Assembly: GCF_009834535.1 (NCBI RefSeq)
Contig: NC_045697.1
Coordinates: 19,532,001 to 19,596,000, forward strand
Direction: 5' to 3'
Length of the DNA: 64,000 bases
Source of the DNA: Camelus ferus
Lineage: Eukaryota
Part shown: positions 13,440 to 27,014 of the stretch, piece after piece
Numbering within the stretch: the first letter of the stretch is position 1
How the letters are laid out: each line of letters begins with the position of its first letter
Notes under the pieces: model-generated
The model's database searches: none
What the model saw: the letters and a program-made list of their open reading frames with translations, nothing else
Told to the model about the DNA's origin: nothing
Position numbers and translations under genes: made by a program

Positions 13440-14520
13440 TCAATGTGAATCACAGACATATACCTGAAAGATAAAACAATAAAGCTTTTAGAAGATTATC
13501 TTCATAGTGTTGGGATTGGTGAAAATTTCTGAACATAATTCAAAAAGTACTAGCAATAAAAAGTAAAAACTGATAAATTGATCTTCTGTTTATCAAAATG
13601 CATCATTAAGAAAGGTGAAAGACAAGCCCCAAACTGGGAAGAAAGATTTTCAAAATATTTATCTGATAAAGGACTCATATCCAGAATAGACGAGAAATTT
13701 TACAAATCAAAAAAAAAACAAAACAAAACAAAACAAAAAAAAAAACCACAGAGAATTCAATGTGAAAAATGGGAAAAGTCTTGAAGCGGTACCAACATGC
13801 ATATGTAAAAGTGTTCAACATCATTTTGAAGAAATGGAAATTAAAACTATGGTTGAAAACTACTATGTGACCACCAGCACGGTAAAATTTAAAAGGCTGT
13901 CAATTACAAATGCTGCCATGAATGTAGAGTTAATGGAAACTCTCATGTATTGTTGATGGGTTGGTTAATTGTTTTAACCACTTTGGGAAAAATTTTTGCA
14001 GTGTTCCACTAAAACTAGAGATAACACCAACCCTATGATTCCACAATTCCATTCCACACCCAAGAGAAATGAGTGCATATGACCATGAAAAACATGTACA
14101 AGAATATTCACAATGACCCAACTGTTAGGGAGTGGAAAAATATGTTTCAGTATATTCATATTAGGAATTCTCCACAATAAAAGGTAACAAATTCTGATAA
14201 GTGCAACCACACAATGAATCCAAGAAAGATAATATTGAATGAAGGAAGACAGATAAAAAAGTTTCATAATGTACGATTCCACTTTTATGGAGTGCAAGAT
14301 CAGGCAATTCTAGCTCATGGTTACAGAAGTCACAACAATGCTTTCCCTGCAGGGAAAGGCAAGTATTAACTGGAAAGGGACTCAGTGGGATCTTTTGGAG
14401 TAATGGCAATGTCTTGACATTGACCTTGGTGGGTTGCACGGGTGTATACAAATATAAACAATTTATTATGTTGTGCATTTAAGATTTGTGTATTTTACCA
14501 CATGTAAGTTATAACTCAGT
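13440..14520 (+). mobile_element. Old L1 (L1MC/ME-like) ORF2 end and 3' UTR
   Basis: ORF 13578-13784 reads ERQAPNWEERFSKYLSDKGLISRI (L1 ORF2-like); 3' UTR 'ttgtgcatttaagatttgtgtattttacc'. Confidence 0.82.
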
Positions 14521-14528
14521 CAAACACG

Positions 14529-14830
14529 TGTTATGCAGTAATTACTTTTTCTTATTTTTCGTATTCTTGTTGCTCTGGCATCTGAGCCCTCACTGACTTG
14601 AGAGAAATTGCCCTGATTCTTAGAGATCACAAATTATTTTTTTCAGGAACATTATTTTAATATGCAAACTAACCAGTCCAGAGCCCATATTCCAAACCAC
14701 CCCTTTTATATGGCTTTTACTCCAAGAGACAATATTCCTTTGCTGTAATCATCCCAAGGCCAGGTGCCAGGCAACTAGAGATAGCCCTTTTACCCCAGAG
14801 GTGTTGTACCTGGAAAATTTTTAAACTAGC
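14529..14830 (+). mobile_element. Old ERVL-class LTR fragment (MER54/MER74-like)
   Basis: 'tgcaaactaaccagtccagagccca...ggccaggtgccaggcaactagagatagccc'. Confidence 0.5.
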
Positions 14831-15085
14831 CCAGTAATTAATAAAAACTCTTAGAAAGACAGAATATGTAATTACCAGGAGAGTAGGTAATAGGGGATGG
14901 TGAGATCAAATGGCATAGATATAATTAAGCAGAAAAAAATTTAAATGGCTTTTTCATCAATGTATTATTTATGAAGCATATTTTCCATAGCATCTCCAGG
15001 TAATCATTGATATAAAATAGCATAGCATTATTAGAACTATTTGTATATTGCAAGCAACAGAAGAGGCAAATCAAACAGAGGAAGA

Positions 15086-15140
15086 AGGAAAGAAAGAAAG
15101 AAAGAAAGAAAGAAACAAACAAACAAACAAACAAACAACA
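15086..15140 (+). repeat. Compound (GAAA)n(ACAA)n microsatellite
   Basis: Direct reading. Confidence 0.9.
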
Positions 15141-15681
15141 AAGAAATTTTCTGGCTGACAAAATTAAGCCAGCATGGAAGATTCAACATCTCAAAATAAC
15201 ATGGGCAACATTGTTGGACACCTGATGTCTATTAAACCATTTACCAAGAGAAGAAGAAGTAAAGGAATTGAGGTGGTGTTGATGGCAATGAGGGTTGAGA
15301 AGTTATTTAAAACAGCAAAATGTATATTATAAAATTGTGCTTGGAGTCCTTTCTCTTCTTCCTATCTCTCCAGATATTATTACTTCTTATTAAAAAATCT
15401 GAAATGTGAATCAGAAAACCTCATCATAGTCTTTTAAAGGTATCTGATGATTCATGAATATACATATATATGACAAAATCACTTTTTTGATTTTGGATAA
15501 AATTGTGGTCTTATTTGTTTTTGACAAGCTAGTTTAGAATGCCTGAAGGTGTAGTAAGTTTTCCACACACATCTCCTCAGTAGTTGTCCTTCTGTAGTCC
15601 CACCATGCTTACTGAGGTTTAACCATGTAGATGCCAGGAGAGATTGCAGCTGACAGTTTGAAATAGTTGCAAAGGATTAAC

Positions 15682-16240
15682 TGTCAATTCCTCAAAAAAC
15701 CATCAGGAGAAATGGTTATTCAAACAAAGCTAAGTTCATTAAACCTACAGTGAGGGAGAGGGCTACTTTGACAGTCTCAGTAGTGTCTCAAAAAGGAGAA
15801 GTTTGGGGTAGATACTGATAGGAGTTTGGATTCTGGGATCAAATGCTTTAAGATAGGTCTTTCAAGGCACATTATCTGATAGGGATTGGGTAATGCTCAT
15901 GATGCAGTATTTTTAGTTTGGTGGGCACAGGGAAGCAAGAATCTTGAAGGGAGTTTTGATAAATAAGCAGCTGTTTAATAAGTGAGTTGTTTGGCCAAGT
16001 GAACCATCATTGTTCCTAGAGCAGGGGCTGTTTGACCAGATAAGCAAACTATTCATTCAAATGTATTGGCTTTTAGGAAATTCCTGGAACCAATAGTGAA
16101 GTTATTTATTGGTTTACAGCCTTATCTTCCTGGACAAGAATCTCCTGGAACAAATAAGTTAGAGTCATGTTGACACAAGTGGCTTCAGATTTCAGTCTAG
16201 ATAGTTAAAGCTATGTGGATGCAGGTGGTCTTGGTTCTCA
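15682..16240 (-). mobile_element. Old ERV solo LTR, family uncertain
   Basis: TG...CA bounded ~560 bp segment; 'aaagctaagttcattaaacctac...ttgacagtctcagtagtgtctc' resembles an antisense LTR U5/R region. Confidence 0.45.
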
Positions 16241-18004
16241 AAATTAAATGCAGAGGATGGAGAATGCCATTTTGTTGTAAGGGCTCTGAAACCATTGGGA
16301 TGGTATGTGGATTTGAGAGAGCTCAATGAGACAGAAAGTCAACTTTGAAGATGTTTCGGGTGCATCTGAAGATTTAAAACTATTCTAGATTTTCTTTGAT
16401 TGTGAGATGAATTTTTCACCCAAGTGCATTGATTATAACTGGCTGTGTTTTATTTCACAAAATCCAAGACCTCCATTTGCCTCAGGATATTAAGAATAGA
16501 AGCCTTCCATATTCCTATTCACACGTATGACCATGTGGGAAGTCACTGTTACTTGATATTCTGGCTTCTGAGGTTAATTATTTATATGATTCCAGTTTTT
16601 GGTTGTTTGCTTGTTTGTTTTGCTCCTATCCTCACTCCACATGTATAATAGTTGAAAAGCATGGCCCATCCTTCCATCAAGACAATAGGCTTCAATGGTA
16701 AGTCACCAGTAGGTAACCCTTCCTTCTTCTATGACTTACAGCAGTTTAGCACAGACTTGTTGATATAAACATAAATTCTGGAGATTTGACAGAGATCAAG
16801 TGGCCTCTACCTGTGTCTTTCTATCACATTATGGTCACAATATCTGTCCTAGTATTGAGCTGAGTTGAGTCGTGGTTAAAGGGTAAACAGTTTTTGAGTT
16901 ACTGAAGGGCTACTGATGCAGAGGGGGACAAATACCTTCCATTCAGAAGAAGTTCCAAAGCGATAGATGTATAAACCCAGAGAATACATGAAAGAAAATA
17001 TTTAATCAACCCCAGTAATCCCTGGCCTTGGTTAGTTGTTCTGGGGATCTCTTACTCTAATACATGGAATCTATATGACATCACTCAATACCTTTGCTTG
17101 TTGGGATTTGGAACTGAGCTTTCTGACATTGCCGAGAGACTTGCTACAGGATGTTAGGAATTATTCAATCAGATGTTTTGAATGAAGTGAAAAAAAATCA
17201 TAATATTTCCCAGTTAGAAAGCAGATCTCTTGTCTAGGAGGTCTCATCACAGACAAGAAAAAGTGGCAGAAAGAGTAGTTAGTACTTGTATTCCCAGCTC
17301 TTTCCAGATGTACGATGGTAAGTGTTTAGGTCTTGGAGAATAAGCTGGAATTTGCAGCTGTACTCTGGAAGACAGATTCTGCAGCTAGATCCAAGCTTCA
17401 TCCCATTCCTACTTATTTTCTCACTCAAAAGTATCATGGAAAACTTGAACTTTGATTGCTCCTTCCTCAAATAACACATCTTACTTTTCCCGTGTTACTT
17501 AAAGGACTACTCCATAATATATCTGGCTTCCATTATGGTTGCATATTGTCTTTTCTCATCTCATACAATATTAAGATCCTTTAAGCTCACAGACTTGATG
17601 CATTCATGCAATTTTTAGTAGGTGCCAACTACATGACAGTTCTGTGATTGTTACTAGGGCAACAAAAAGGAAGACATCATGCCTGTCCTCAAATAGCCCA
17701 TTTAACAATTTTCATTTTACTCATGCACTTGACTCCTTAAGTCCTTTGCTTCTTATCTTATGCACTATTCACATCCCACAAGTATACCTTGTCCTTAGTT
17801 AGATTGACATTTGTCATTTAAGAATGAGGACTTTAAAGTCACCCTAACTGAATTGGGATCAATTCCCCCAGGGTGTGTAATCATTTTATATGTTATTACA
17901 AGTATAAATAAAGTGAAGCACATAATAAAGTTGTTAGTATAGTATGTGGAACATATAAAGTGCTCCAGAAATGTGAAATTTTCATTAGTCATTATTATCT
18001 AATT

Positions 18005-18205
18005 CAGGGGTCTTTAAACTTCTGTAAATATTTTTGGATTTATGCTCAGATATATGGTCCCAGGGACAAGTACTCAACTTTGACATCTTGGCACAAAAGC
18101 AGCCCCAAACAGCATGTTAACAAATGGATGTGATGTGTTCCAATAAAACTTCACATGTGAATGTGGGTGGCAGGCTGGATTTGGGGCACAAACTGCAGTT
18201 TTCTG
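18005..18205 (+). mobile_element. MER58A-like hAT-Charlie MITE
   Basis: Starts caggggtc; contains 'tactcaact...aaagcagcc...gtgttccaataaaactt...gctggatttgg'; perfect 8-bp TSD atctaatt at 17997-18004 and 18206-18213. Confidence 0.88.
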
Positions 18206-19089
18206 ATCTAATTCAACTTTCCAAATTTATAGAAAAGAAAATGAAAGTTGCAGCAGAAAAGTAAATTATCCTGCATGCCGCATACATGTTTGTCTTGTTA
18301 AAAGCATTACATTTGCACCATCTTCCCAGTCAGTTGAAATGCTGATGGTTAAGTTTACATAAATCAGGTGGTAATTTCCTGCCAAATTCCTTTAATGGAA
18401 TTCCCAGTTTTTGATTTTATTGAAATAATTGGATGAAATTCTAAGGTAGAAACAATAGCATCATTATTTGCTTCTCAGATGAAATTGACTTTTATTTCAA
18501 AACTTTAAAGACTAAGAAAATTAGATTGTGTCAAATAGAAAGGAATGGAATTCAGTTTTCATCGACCACTGTTGTCAATGTAGGAGAGCGTGCAACTTTC
18601 CAGTTTTTTCAGGCTAAATATTGTTATCCTTCATTTTGTATTTCAAATATTACAGGTTCCCTTCTCTCCTGATGTAAATATTTTTTTTGCTATCCTTTCA
18701 GCTTTGACTGCAAGCGGTAGTGTTATAATTAACGAAAGGAGTTCTTATGGGAATTATAATGAGAAAAAAAGAGGTGGAAAATAATTTCTCGTTTTGGGAG
18801 AAGTCCACTCAATCTTTCCTCTCATATCCATATCCAGTTTCATATTCATAACTGAAAGGTCATATCCATATTGACAATGGCACTTAGTTTTTGCTGTGTT
18901 GAAAACTCCTCTTCTAAGGTATATAAGTAGTCTATAGTTAAGATTGCAAACTGACCTACATTGGTATGTCTGGTATTTTAAGGGTACTCATTCCAGCATG
19001 ATAATCTTTTCCCCAATAATTGGACAAAAAAAGAATGGTCTCAGTACTGGCACACTTTGTCCAGATAATTTTTATTTTTCCCAGAGAGA

Positions 19090-19200
19090 AGGCCAGCTAT
19101 GAAGGATTGAGGATAGGAATGGCATTGGAATTCTCATACTCAACCCTGGAAAAGAAAAGGCAGCAGATGAATGACTTAATTATTGAGAAAACACCAATAC
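19090..19200 (+). mobile_element. Degenerate L1/HAL1 ORF1 fragment
   Basis: Translation YEGLRIGMALEFSYSTLEKKRQQMN resembles the L1 ORF1p motif YKG..IRL.ADFS.ETL.ARRQW. Confidence 0.55.
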
Positions 19201-20139
19201 CCAGTTCCAACACACGGGGGAAGTGTTTTGCTTTCAAATCCTTTGGCTGGTGTCTGGAAATCACATTTTCAAATGATAATAGTTGAAAGATATTGATAGA
19301 AAGATCAGACACAAAAATAGTCTGAAATAATAAAATAGAGTAGTGAAGCAAATCACATAATCATGTTTCACATTTCAGAAAAACCACCAATATTTTGCAG
19401 AATATAGGTAGATACAAACACCCTGGTGCAAAATCCTGGGTTTGAAGATCCTTCCAACTTCAGTTCTTTGCCCTAGAGTTTTTTTTCCTTAAACAATTTT
19501 ACACCCCGAAAGGTAGAATAAATACAAGAACAATGTACTACTCTTACATGTATTTGAAACATTCAAAATAATACATTATAGTACTTGTAAAACCTTTTAC
19601 ATATAATGTGTACAACTATATATTTTATTATGTATTATGGTATTTTAAAATTCATCTCCAATACAAAATGTTAGTCGACCTTTTTCTATTTTGTTATTGA
19701 ATAGTTTTGGATTTGCTGCAGAATTTCTAAAATTACGTTTTTCTTCTGTAAGTTTTTTCCTTTTGTTAATTTTCATCTGGACAGATAATCTTTATGCATA
19801 CTTCATTAGGTAGTGGTCAGAGTTCAGTTTCTCACTCATTCTTATTCACATGAATTATAAACTCATAATTGTATCATATCCCAAATTTTCCTCATTCAAA
19901 ATGAAAACCATTGAGCCACAAATTATACTGGTATACAGGCCATGTGTAAGACTTTCCAAACAGCAACTTTATTTCCCATGTACCATCTGAATTTTTAATC
20001 ACAGTGTTTGTTCTGTGTTTCCTATTGGCCCTAAATTGAAACTAGTGTTTTCTTCTTTTTAGAAGATAATATATGTTGGATTGTATTTCGCAAACATAAA
20101 TTAGACTGATTCAGAGATTTGGTAAGTGTGAATACTCAT

Positions 20140-21785
20140 TACTGTTAAGGTAAAATGTAGAACATTTCCATCAACCCAAAAGTTTCCTGTGTACTTTGCA
20201 AGCTATACCTCTATGCACCCACTTTCCAGCTCTAAGCAAACACTGATAGGTTTTCTGTCACTATAGCTTTGTTTCTCCTGTTTTAGAACTTCAAATAAAT
20301 AGTCGTATAATATGAACTCAATTTTGTCTTACTTTTTTCACTCAACATAATTTTTTTTAATTTATGTTATATGCATGTATAGTTAACACTGGTGTGGACA
20401 CTTTTGTATGAGTCTTTATGTGGACATATTTTTAATTTCTTTTGGTAAATAACTAAGAGCATACTTATTGTAATATTATAAATTAATGTTTAAATTTGTA
20501 GGGTACTGACAAACAGTTTTGCAAAGCAACTGTATCATTTTGCAGCTCCTCTAGCAATGTATTAGTGTTCTGATTGCTCCACATACTAACCAATATTTGA
20601 TGTGACCTGGTATTTACTTCTACTCACTCAAATGGATACATAGTAATATCTCATTTAAGTTTAAATTTGCATTTCTTTGATTGCTAATGATGTTGAGTAT
20701 TTTTTCATGTGCTTAACTGCCATTCGCATATTTTCTTTTATGAAGTATCAGTTCAAATCTTTTGATATTGTATGTGTGTATGTATGTGTGTAGTTTCTCT
20801 TCTTATTGATTGGTAAGAATTACTTAAATATGGTAGATGCAAACTTTTGTAACATATATGTTGCAAATATTTTATCACATCCAAACCTTTACTTACTACT
20901 TTTTATTTTTCTTAATGGTGTCTTTCAAAGACCAGAAGTTTTTAATTTTGATAAAGTCCAATTTATTATGATTATTTTTATGTTCCATGATTTTATGTCT
21001 CCTGTGTAAGGAAACTTTATTTTTTCCAAGGTCAGAAATATTTTCTCTTCTGTTTTCATCTAAAATTAGGGCAATTTACTTTTAGCTTACATCTATGATT
21101 AATTTTTCATTTTTTTTTCATGTAGTTACCTGGTTATAACAGCATCATCTTTTGATAAGGTTACTGTTTCACTATTTTGTTATACCTGTAATATCTTGGC
21201 ATTTTTGTCAAAAATTAATTGAACCTGTCAATGTGGGTTTATTCTATTGGGCTTATTATTCTGTTGTTCTCTACAAATTGTCTTACATCAATAACATATT
21301 GTGTAGATTACTATAGTTTTATTGTAAATCTTGAAATTAGGTAGTGTATATTCTAATTTATTTTCTTTTTCTTTACTTTTATATGTAAATTATAGCTTTA
21401 CTTTATTTACTTTATTACTTTTTCCAAAATGTACCATTTGAATTCTGCTTAGGGTATTATTGAATCCATAGATCAAATTAGAGAGAATTGGCATCTTAAC
21501 AATGCTGAGTCTGTTAATCCACGAATATGGTATATCTATTCATTTATTTAGGTCTTCTTTAATTTTCCTTAGCAATGCTTCGTAATTTTCACTGTATCAG
21601 CTTTGTATGTATTTAATCAAATTTATTCTTAAGTATTCTTTGATTTTAGACATTATTGTAGGTGGTATGTTTAAAATTTCTTTTTCCAATGATTTGTTTC
21701 TGGTATATAGAAATAAAATTGATTTTCTTACATTGAATCTTGTAAACTGTAATAATTGTTCAATTTCTTTGCAGTTCTAGCAATA
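20140..21785 (-). mobile_element. Old L1, ORF2 RT-to-3' UTR, antisense
   Basis: 'tagaacatttccatca', 'tttgcatttctttgattgctaatgatgttgag', 'gagaattggcatcttaacaatgctgagtc', 'tggtatatagaaataaaattgatttt'. Confidence 0.85.
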
Positions 21786-23000
21786 GAGATAGGTACAAAA
21801 TCAATATGCAAAAATCAATTATGTTTCAATACAACAGCAAAATAATAGGTAGAAATAAAAATTGTTTTCTTAGCAATTGCATCAAAAATATCAAGTATCT
21901 AGGATAAGTCTAATAAAATATACACCCTCTACAGAGGACATAACAGAACTTGATTAGAGATATGAGGAATAACTAAATAACTGACAGCTACACCATATTC
22001 ATGGACTTGAAGTCTCAGTCACATAACTAAATTCTACTTAGATTAATTAATAGATATAATGCAATCCCAATAAAAATCAATGCTTTCAATATTTTTGGAA
22101 GGAATCTTACAAAATGATAATAAAATTTATATGGAAATGCAAAAGGTTAATTTTTGAACATTCTTAAAGAAGAATAAGCAGGCAAAACCACTTTTTTTCT
22201 ACTGGATATAGAAGTTTATTTTGAGGAATTTTTCCAAAATATGATATTATGGATGGAACAGCCCATTGCAATATAATTGAGCATCTAGAATTACACCACA
22301 TATATATTAACACTTAATAAAAGATAGTGGACATTTGTACACCCATGTTCCCAGCAGCATTGTGAAGCCCACAGATGATATATAAAGAAAATTTAGCATA
22401 AAAATAAAATGGAATATTATCCAGCCTTAACAAAGAAGGAAATTTTGACACATACTTCTACATGAATGAACTCTGAAGCCACCATGCTAATTGAAATAAA
22501 CCAGGACAAGTATATGATTCCACTTATATGGAATACTTAAAGGAACCAAATTCAAATAGACAGAAAGTAGAATCATGGTTGCCAAGGCCTGGTGGGAGGA
22601 GAAAATAAGGAGTTATTGTTTAGTGGGGAAAGAGTTTCAGTTTGGGAAGATGAAAAAGTTTTGGATGTGGGTGCAGGTGATGTTTGCAACAGCAATGCAA
22701 AGTACTTAATATCACTGAACTGTGCACTTTAAAAAGGTTAAGATGGTAAATTTTATGTTTAATGTATTTTACCAAAATAAAAAAGAAAGTGATAGCATCA
22801 TAAAAAAAGAAAAGGTGCTGTGAAAGATATCCACAAAACATGGATATGCACAAAACTCAGTTTCTGGTAGATTGAAGATCTCTGTATGAAAGTCAAGTCA
22901 AATGACAAGTCAAGAATATAGTATAGGACTTTGGGGTAGGGAAATAAAAGTAGAAGTTAACTTTAAGTTAATTAAAAACCAGAAAAAGTCATAACCATAT
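21780..23000 (+). mobile_element. Old L1 ORF2 fragment, sense, interrupted at ~22325-22795
   Basis: 'ggtacaaaatcaatatgcaaaaatcaatt' (YKIN.QKSI); 'aatgcaatcccaataaaaatc'; resumes at 'ggtagattgaagatct'. Confidence 0.75.
22328..22790 (+). mobile_element. L1MB-like 3' end
   Basis: 'acatttgtacacccatgttcccagcagca...gtttcagtttgggaagatgaaaaagtt...cactgaactgtgcactttaaaa...aataaaaaa'. Confidence 0.85.
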
Positions 23001-24789
23001 GGGGAAAAAAAAAGGATATTCATTTTCCCAAATTTATTGAGCTAAATAAACACTTAAGATTTGTGCATTGTGATGTATGAAATTATACATTAATGAACAT
23101 TAGAATAATAATTGGGCAATATAGAAAAATAATGAATTTTTTGAGTGGAGTTTCTAGAATTAGTAAGCTGGAATTATAGGAGAAATTGCAAATATTGAGA
23201 TGACAGTGGTAATAGTAATTGGAGGCTTAACTGGGCTGGAGGAAAAGATAATTGTAAGGAGAAAGTCAAGAAAAAGAGAGATTAGAGTCGTGAGTGGATT
23301 ATCCAAGAGTATCTCGAGTGTTTTCAAGGATACACTTGATCAGGTAAGAGGTGGAAACAGATATCATGAGCATCTTAATATTTTATTTATTTATTTTTTT
23401 AAGAAAAGAGAGGAATGTCACTGAGAGATCAGGAAATGACATTTACAGAAAAGGAGAGGGGTAATGGTTATTATTTATAATGTTTAAAACTTCAAAATCT
23501 ACCATTAAGATTTTTTTGTGTGTATGCAGGGGGAAAGATAAAAATAGCTTGGAAGTGAAAATGGGACAAAGGAGTATTCTGCCTATTTCTAGCATTGAGA
23601 GGTTTGGGGTGAGGGAGAAGAAAGTCATTGTCCACTTGAGAGGGTGCAGGACCAAGGGTACCCTCACAAATTGGCCTTCAATCAATCAAGTAAAAAAAGA
23701 AAAGTTAATGGAAACTTCAAGAAAGTTAAGGATATCAAAGCTTCTATTTTTATTTTTTTTAAGACAGTCTATATGTTTCAGAGGGTAGCGTGGAAGGATG
23801 TGGGAGGCGGGGGAGATTAGGTTAGTGGAGTGTGTGGACAAGTGTGGGGATGAGGGTGAGGGTGGATGCCAGGCTGGGCTTCCTGGAGTCACAGAAATAC
23901 AGAGTTGGTAGCTTCAACATTGGATGATACCTCCCTTTTTGCAGCCTTTGACTTGCTCATTTTGCAGCTGAGAGAAGTAACGATGTCTTTTTGGGAGCCT
24001 TTATACGAGTGCTCTTTTCTTTTCCAAATGGGACAATATCAAAGGGCCTCAGAGAATGAGCAATAAAATTGTTCAATATTCTATCTCATGAAGATGTTTT
24101 AGGGTCCTAATAATACCAGTTGAAAAACATAAACTAAGCTATTGGTTCTAGAAAATATGTAACATACATACAATACATAACCTATATTAAAAATTTTTTT
24201 AATTGGAGCTCAGGTTTCAAGCTGGATGTCAAATGGAGAAGTAAATTCAGCAAGCAGCAGTGTTGGCCACATTAAGCAAGAGAGGGTTAAATATGCTTTG
24301 TTTTTATGATACTATATCAGAGCATCCATCCTTTGAAAAAAAGGATAATTTAAGAGATTAAAAAATAAGTAAACTTTATAAATTTTAAGACTTTTTTTCT
24401 ATTATTTTAAAACTCTCTTTCTAATAATACTCCTGGAGGATTACCCTATATTCAGCATATGGAATGGAGGAGTAATCACTGATATTGACGAAAGAAAAAC
24501 ATAGGTAAACTTTGCTTTCCTGAATCAGAGAAGAAGCTGGTGAAAAATAAGACTCAGTAACCACGACCTTTTTGCAGCATGAACATAGAAGTTTGCCGCA
24601 ATCCTTCATTCACGGTTTGGCTGTCTTGCTTGATGGTTCAGCTTATGTGTCTGTATTGAACTTGGTGGGTGAATAGGGATTTGGGTCACTCTGTTCTCCT
24701 TATGTGGTGCAGTGGCCTCTCGAGAGAAAAGAATGCAGCTAACCTTCCTTTGAAGGGTCCTATGAGCTACTTTCCACGTTATTACTTGC

Positions 24790-24915
24790 AATCCTTATAG
24801 TCCTCTAAGGGAGGTATTACTATCGCCAACCTTACAGTTAAAGAAATTGAAGTTCACAAAGGTTAAGTGAATTGCACAAGGGTGAACAGCTCATAATGCT
24901 GGAGTTGGGAGTTGA
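24790..24915 (-). mobile_element. MIR fragment
   Basis: 'cttacagttaaagaaattgaagttcacaaaggttaagtgaattgcacaagggt'. Confidence 0.75.
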
Positions 24916-25589
24916 AAAGAAAAGGAAATATTTCATCTCTGTATTTTTGGGCTCCCAGTGCAGAATATCTAAGTTCTCAGGGCGGAGACAACAGCAAACA
25001 AAGTCTGTAAGTGAGAGGTGGCCCCCAGCGTCTCATCTAGGCTACATGGATTCTAAATTCCTTTACACAGTTGACAGACTCATATACAAATAAGCTGTTT
25101 CATCAGCTGCCCCAGGGAGGCTGCAAATGCCCTACATGCTTCACAGGATCTCTGTGAGGTTCAAGGAAGAGCACTTATGTGAACGCGCTTTGAAGGGATA
25201 GGGTCACATAGATACGGGTGCTCTTGGTGCTGGTGGTGGTGGTTTATCATTCCTGTGTTTTTCGGGGGGGAGTTGAGTGAGCAAGACATTGCATATTCTT
25301 GTATGGATTTGGCATTTTTATGAAAAGTTGAAGGTACTGTTTGAGATTTAATTGGGTTCACTATGCACGTGTGTGAGAGAATTCTAGAAGAGGGGTCAGC
25401 ACCTTGTTAGTTATCAGCTGTCCCTTGTAGAGATTTGGGTCAGCAGGCACCAGAGCCAAACCAAGTTGCTACTTTCTGAGACATCACAGCATCAGGAATA
25501 AGGCAAAGATATGAAGACTAATTGTTTTTAGAGAAATAATTGGATATTTCTTGAGGGAAGGCTACATAGAGTTGTTCTAAATTCCAGAT

Positions 25590-26205
25590 GATAATAAGAA
25601 CAAGAATAGCAAATATTTATTAAATTCTTAATATGTGACAGTATGCTAAGATAATTTTATGCAAATATTCTCCTATGGCCTAAAATAACTTTATATGGCA
25701 GGTATACTATCATCATTGCCTTTTTGCAGAAAGTGAGATGAATGCAGTGTTTATGTCTCTCCCAAATTTGTATATTGAAACCCTTACCCCAAATCCTTAT
25801 TAAGAGGTAGAGACATTTTGGGGGTGATTATTTCATGAGGGAGGAACCCTCAGGAGTGGGATTAGTGCCCTTATAAGAAAGATCCTGGAGAGCTCCCTTT
25901 CCCCATCCACTGTGTAAGGACCCAGTGAGAAGACAGCAGCCTATGAACCCGGAAGCAGGCTCTCCCCAGACAGCAAATCTATCGGCACCTTGCTTTTCCA
26001 TTTCCAGCCTCCAGAGCTGTGGGAAATAAAAATTTGTTGCATAAGCCACCCAGTCTATATCATGTTTTTGTTATAGCAGCTCAAACAGACTAAAAGCAAG
26101 AGACTAAAACTTAAAAGCATTAGATGACTTGCCTAGAGCCCCACTATTAGTGAGAGACAGAACTCAAACTTAAGCCTACCTGCCTCACACCTGAAGGCTT
26201 AATCA
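25590..26205 (-). mobile_element. MIR split by an MLT1A LTR
   Basis: MIR parts at ~25590-25737 and ~26098-26205 ('gatgacttgcctagagccccac'). Confidence 0.65.
25738..26097 (+). mobile_element. MLT1A0-like solo LTR
   Basis: 'gggattagtgcccttataagaaaga...ccagcctccagagctgtgggaaataaa...ttgttatagcagctcaaacagactaa'. Confidence 0.9.
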
Positions 26206-26489
26206 TTAGAGGACATTTTCTAATAAGAGTTAATTAATTAAATTAGACAAATCCATATTGAATTTACCATGTGACAGGTATTCTCCTAGCAGGAAGAGTT
26301 TATCTATTAGGTTTCCAAAAGTTAATTATAATGGAGACAATTATAATAGGAAAGTAATAAGGGCTATGTTAGAAATAACCCAGAGGCAACTGCAGGGTTC
26401 AATGAGAAGCATTAATATTCATTAATTCATTGATTGTTGCATTCCTTGATGCAGTCGTGGATTCACGTATGTATGTATGTGTGTGTATA

Positions 26490-26834
26490 TGTACTTATTG
26501 CAAGGAACTGGCATACATGATTGTCAGGGCCTACGAGGCAAATCTGAAATCTGTAGAGTAGGCCATCCAAAGGGCTGGTTGGAACTCTCAGGTATAGGCT
26601 GACACTACTGGTCGTGGGTAGAATTTCTTGTTTCACAGGGAAGCCCCAGCTTCACTGTTAGGGCCTTTCGATTGATTGAATCAGGACCAGATTATTTAGG
26701 ATAATCTATTTTATTTAAAGTCAACTGATTATCAACTTTAATCACATCTACAAGACATCTTCATAGAATACTGTTTGCTTGAATAACTGAGGATTGTAGC
26801 CAAGCCACATTAACAAATAAAACTGACCATCACA
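26490..26834 (-). mobile_element. MLT2 (ERVL LTR) fragment
   Basis: 'aaggaactggcatacatgattgt...aagtcaactgatt...ataaaactgaccatcaca'. Confidence 0.82.
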
Positions 26835-27014
26835 GCATCTAACTCAGAACAGGAGAAGGGGAATAAGGCATCAAAAAAAGTTGAGTGAAAGAATTTTTTC
26901 CTAGATGATTCTTAAAGGATAAGTAGGAATTAGAATCAGAGTGGAGCAGAGGAGTTCCAGCTGGCAAAGGAAGATGCATGGCTTTGAAATTGCTAGATTA
27001 TAAATTTTATTTTC

